Shown one piece after another: positions 61,766-64,000 of a DNA stretch of 64,000 nt; positions within the stretch are counted from its first letter, which is position 1; each line of letters starts with the position of its first letter. The notes under the pieces were generated by a model. That model saw nothing but the letters and a program-made list of their open reading frames with translations, ran no database searches and was not told the DNA's origin. Source of the stretch: Pseudomonadota bacterium (GTDB lineage: Bacteria > Pseudomonadota > Alphaproteobacteria > Reyranellales > Reyranellaceae); contig JBMONG010000017.1 of assembly GCA_049323495.1 (NCBI GenBank), positions 19,227 through 83,226 on the forward strand, in the 5' to 3' direction. The translations under genes were made by a program, and so were the position numbers.

Positions 61766-63250
61766 ATGTCCACGGCAGAGCAGGCGATCGACGCGGAGCG
61801 GTCGGAGGATCATCGCGCGCGGCGGCGCATCGCGGCCAACTTCCTGACGCTGGCCGGCACAAGCGTGGCCGGTCTCCTCGTCACCATCCTGGTCAGCGTC
61901 TATGTCCGGCGCATCATGGGTCCCGAGGCGATCGGCCAGGTGAACTGGGCGATGGCGGTCATCGGCTATCTCGCGGTCCTCGCGACCCCGGGCCTTGCGA
62001 CCGTCGGGCAGCGCGACCTCGCGCGCTCACCCGAGACCACGGAGCAGCGCCTGTCGCTGGTCCTGACGCTGCAGACGCTGCTGGCCATCGCGGTCTACGG
62101 CGGCGTGCTGCTGCTCGCCTGGCTGGAGCCGCGCGGCCGGACCACGAGCCTCGTGCTGGCGGTGCAGGGCTTCAACCTCTTCCTGACGGCGTGGAACATC
62201 ACCTGGGTGCTGCAGGCGCACGAGAGGATGGTGGCGCCGAGCCTCGCGACCCTGGCCTTCAACGCCCTGCAGCTGCCCGCGCTGCTGCTGCTGGTCGAAG
62301 GGCCGGGCGACATCCTGGCCTATGTCGGCATCGTCCTGCTGTGCACTCTCACCGGGCTGCTGTGGAACGCCTGGTATCTGACGCGGCGCGGCATCGTGCG
62401 CCCGTCCGGTCTGCGGCCGACGCTCGCCGGCGCGATCCCCATGCTGCGCGAGGCGCGGCCGCTGGCGCTCTCGCAGCTGGCGATCGCCGCGACCCTGAAC
62501 AGCGGCACCGTCGTGCTGGGCTTCACCGACGGCGACGAAGCGGTGGGCCAGTTCGCCTCGGCCTACCGGCTCATGCTGGTGGCCGCCGTGGTGACCGCGG
62601 CGCTGTGGAACGCGTATTTCCCGGTCCTCGCGCGATCGGTCGACACCCCCGACAAGGCGGTCGCCCTGTCGCGCGAGTATCTCGGGCTGCTCGCCTGGAT
62701 GGGGCTGCCGATGGCGGCCCTGGGATGGGCGCTGGGTCGGCATGTCGTGGCCCTGCTCTACGGGCCGGCCTTCGCCGAGAGCGGCCACTACTTCGAATGG
62801 CTGTGCCTCAATATCGGCCTCACCTTCCTGAACTACGGCATCGTCTCGATCCTGGTGCCCTGGGGGCGCGGCGACCTGCAATTCCGGATCGTCGCCGCGG
62901 CGGCCATCCTGAACGTCGCCGTCGTTGCGCTCGCGCTGCCGTCGTTCGGCGCCTGGGGCGCGGTGGCGGCAACCCTGGCGTCGGAAGGGCTGGTCCTCGT
63001 GCTGGGCGTGACGGTGCGCCATCGCATGGGCGCCTACCGGCATGCCTTTGCCGGGGTGGTCGCGGCACCGCTGGTCTGCTCCACCCTCGTCGCGGCGGCG
63101 ATCGTCGCGCTGCCGGCCAGCCTCGACGCCTGGTGGCCGCTGCAGCTGGCGGTCGGCGCCGCCGCGCTTCTGGGATGCCTTGTCCTGTTCGAGGGCCGGA
63201 CGCTGAAGAGCCGCTGGCTGACGCCCGCCGGAGGCCGGCGGGGCGAATGA
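61766..63250 (+). CDS. polysaccharide flippase (Wzx/MOP superfamily)
   Basis: About 14 TM helices. The N-terminal pattern NFLTLAGTSVAGLLVTILVSVYVRRIMGPEAIGQ is typical of Wzx. The start is ATG 61766, or TTG 61724. Confidence 0.75.
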   Translation: MSTAEQAIDAERSEDHRARRRIAANFLTLAGTSVAGLLVTILVSVYVRRIMGPEAIGQVNWAMAVIGYLAVLATPGLATVGQRDLARSPETTEQRLSLVLTLQTLLAIAVYGGVLLLAWLEPRGRTTSLVLAVQGFNLFLTAWNITWVLQAHERMVAPSLATLAFNALQLPALLLLVEGPGDILAYVGIVLLCTLTGLLWNAWYLTRRGIVRPSGLRPTLAGAIPMLREARPLALSQLAIAATLNSGTVVLGFTDGDEAVGQFASAYRLMLVAAVVTAALWNAYFPVLARSVDTPDKAVALSREYLGLLAWMGLPMAALGWALGRHVVALLYGPAFAESGHYFEWLCLNIGLTFLNYGIVSILVPWGRGDLQFRIVAAAAILNVAVVALALPSFGAWGAVAATLASEGLVLVLGVTVRHRMGAYRHAFAGVVAAPLVCSTLVAAAIVALPASLDAWWPLQLAVGAAALLGCLVLFEGRTLKSRWLTPAGGRRGE

Positions 63251-63277
63251 GGCGGCTCCAGCGAGCCGGAAGCTGCC

Positions 63278-63823
63278 TCAGGCGGCGTCCGCAGACGCGA
63301 GCAGCGGCGGCCAGGCGAGATCCTGAGCGGAAACGCGGCTGACGGGCAGCGGCCAGCGTATGCCGACCGCGGGGTCGTCGTAGCGAAGGCCGCGGCCGGC
63401 CGAGGGTACATAGGGCGCCGAGACGAGGTAGTTCACCTCGCTGTCGTCCGCCATCGTCTGGAAGCCGTGCGCGCAATGCCTCGGCACATAGAGCATCTGA
63501 AGACGCTCGGGCGAGAGCATGACGCCGAACCACGACCGGAAGGTGGGCGATGCCGGATCGATGTCGACGATCACGTCGTAGATCGCGCCGCGCACGCAAC
63601 GCACCAGCTTCACCTCGCCATGCGGTGCGCATTGCCAGTGCATTCCGCGCAGGGTCCCCCGCTGCGGATTGATCGACACATTGCCCTGGACCATGGTGAC
63701 GTCCAGCTGCCGGTCCGCGAACTCGCGACTGCACCAGGCGCGCGCGAACTGGCCGCGGTCGTCGACATGGGGCTCCAGTTCGACCAGATAGGCTCCGGTC
63801 ACCGCCGTCTCAAGAAAGCGCAT
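63278..63823 (-). CDS. rfbC: dTDP-4-dehydrorhamnose 3,5-epimerase
   Basis: 181 aa with HVDDRGQFARAW, RGMHWQ and HGFQ motifs. Confidence 0.9.
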   Translation of the reverse strand: MRFLETAVTGAYLVELEPHVDDRGQFARAWCSREFADRQLDVTMVQGNVSINPQRGTLRGMHWQCAPHGEVKLVRCVRGAIYDVIVDIDPASPTFRSWFGVMLSPERLQMLYVPRHCAHGFQTMADDSEVNYLVSAPYVPSAGRGLRYDDPAVGIRWPLPVSRVSAQDLAWPPLLASADAA

Positions 63824-63998
63824 GGGACCGCCAGTAGAAGTCGCCGTCGATCAGCTGACGCCGCAGCAGATGCTGCAGCTGCTTGAGGCGGGTGAAGGGG
63901 GCCGCGTTGAACTCGTCGGCGTCCATCGCGATATGCTCGAACAGCGAGCGCAGCTGCCGGGCGCCGCGCTCGGCGGTCCATTCGCAGCGGAACCCCGG
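63810..63998 (-). CDS. NAD-dependent epimerase/dehydratase, C-terminal end (5' part beyond window)
   Basis: I translated this frame by hand: PGFRCEWTAERGARQLRSLFEHIAMDADEFNAAPFTRLKQLQHLLRRQLIDGDFYWRSHALS*. It resembles the C-terminus of sugar-nucleotide epimerases. It overlaps the rfbC start by 14 nt and is not in the ORF track because it has no in-window start. Confidence 0.5.
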   Translation of the reverse strand, partial: PGFRCEWTAERGARQLRSLFEHIAMDADEFNAAPFTRLKQLQHLLRRQLIDGDFYWRSHALS

Positions 63999-64000
63999 CA

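Noticed and set aside
63799-63981. 60-aa - strand ORF from the track (MDRRARRPAA...).
   Set aside because: It is Arg/Ala low-complexity. A different frame on the same strand gives an epimerase-like C-terminus that runs open to the window edge.

Overview
High-GC bacterial chromosomal DNA. Codon usage, Bug/TctC-type binding proteins, many SDR, acyl-CoA and ABC genes, and a GGAGGTGGCGCGAAGCGCC-type extragenic palindrome suggest an alphaproteobacterium, but this is inference only. The window is densely coding: I call about 67 protein genes. By eye I found no rRNA, tRNA, CRISPR array, transposase, integrase or recognisable defence gene. Content in order:
- an acyl-CoA ligase (5' truncated) with an APH-type kinase
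- an Mla/MCE-like ABC operon
- PPK2 followed by an MFS transporter
- rlmJ
- a translationally coupled formamidase, lipocalin-like protein and PLP-enzyme trio
- an NfeD/SPFH pair
- several catabolic acyl-CoA clusters: an IclR-associated ligase/dehydratase/TctC/GST set, and an ACAD/thioesterase/transglutaminase-like/MFS/SDR/M20 set
- a Liv-type ABC importer with an embedded fatty-acid-CoA ligase and two tandem paralogous binding proteins
- many SDRs, hydrolases and oxygenases
- an orphan terminase-small-subunit-like HTH gene
- a YegD-like Hsp70
- a czcCBA heavy-metal RND operon flanked by three uncharacterised small envelope proteins
- a peptide-type binding protein, MFS transporter and amidohydrolase cluster
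- the edge of a polysaccharide locus (Wzx flippase, rfbC, epimerase 3' end)

I do not see a convincing, clearly novel multi-gene system. The best candidates for follow-up are:
- the unannotated accessory genes around czcCBA
- a cluster of three long inverted repeats in one divergent intergenic region
- an intrinsic terminator, with a promoter-like box, oriented against both of its neighbours
- the orphan TerS-like regulator with an AT-rich inverted-repeat operator
- several unusual translationally coupled gene pairs

All functional calls come from reading motifs in the supplied translations, not from database searches. Many long ORFs in the track are antisense or out-of-frame shadows typical of high-GC DNA and were rejected.
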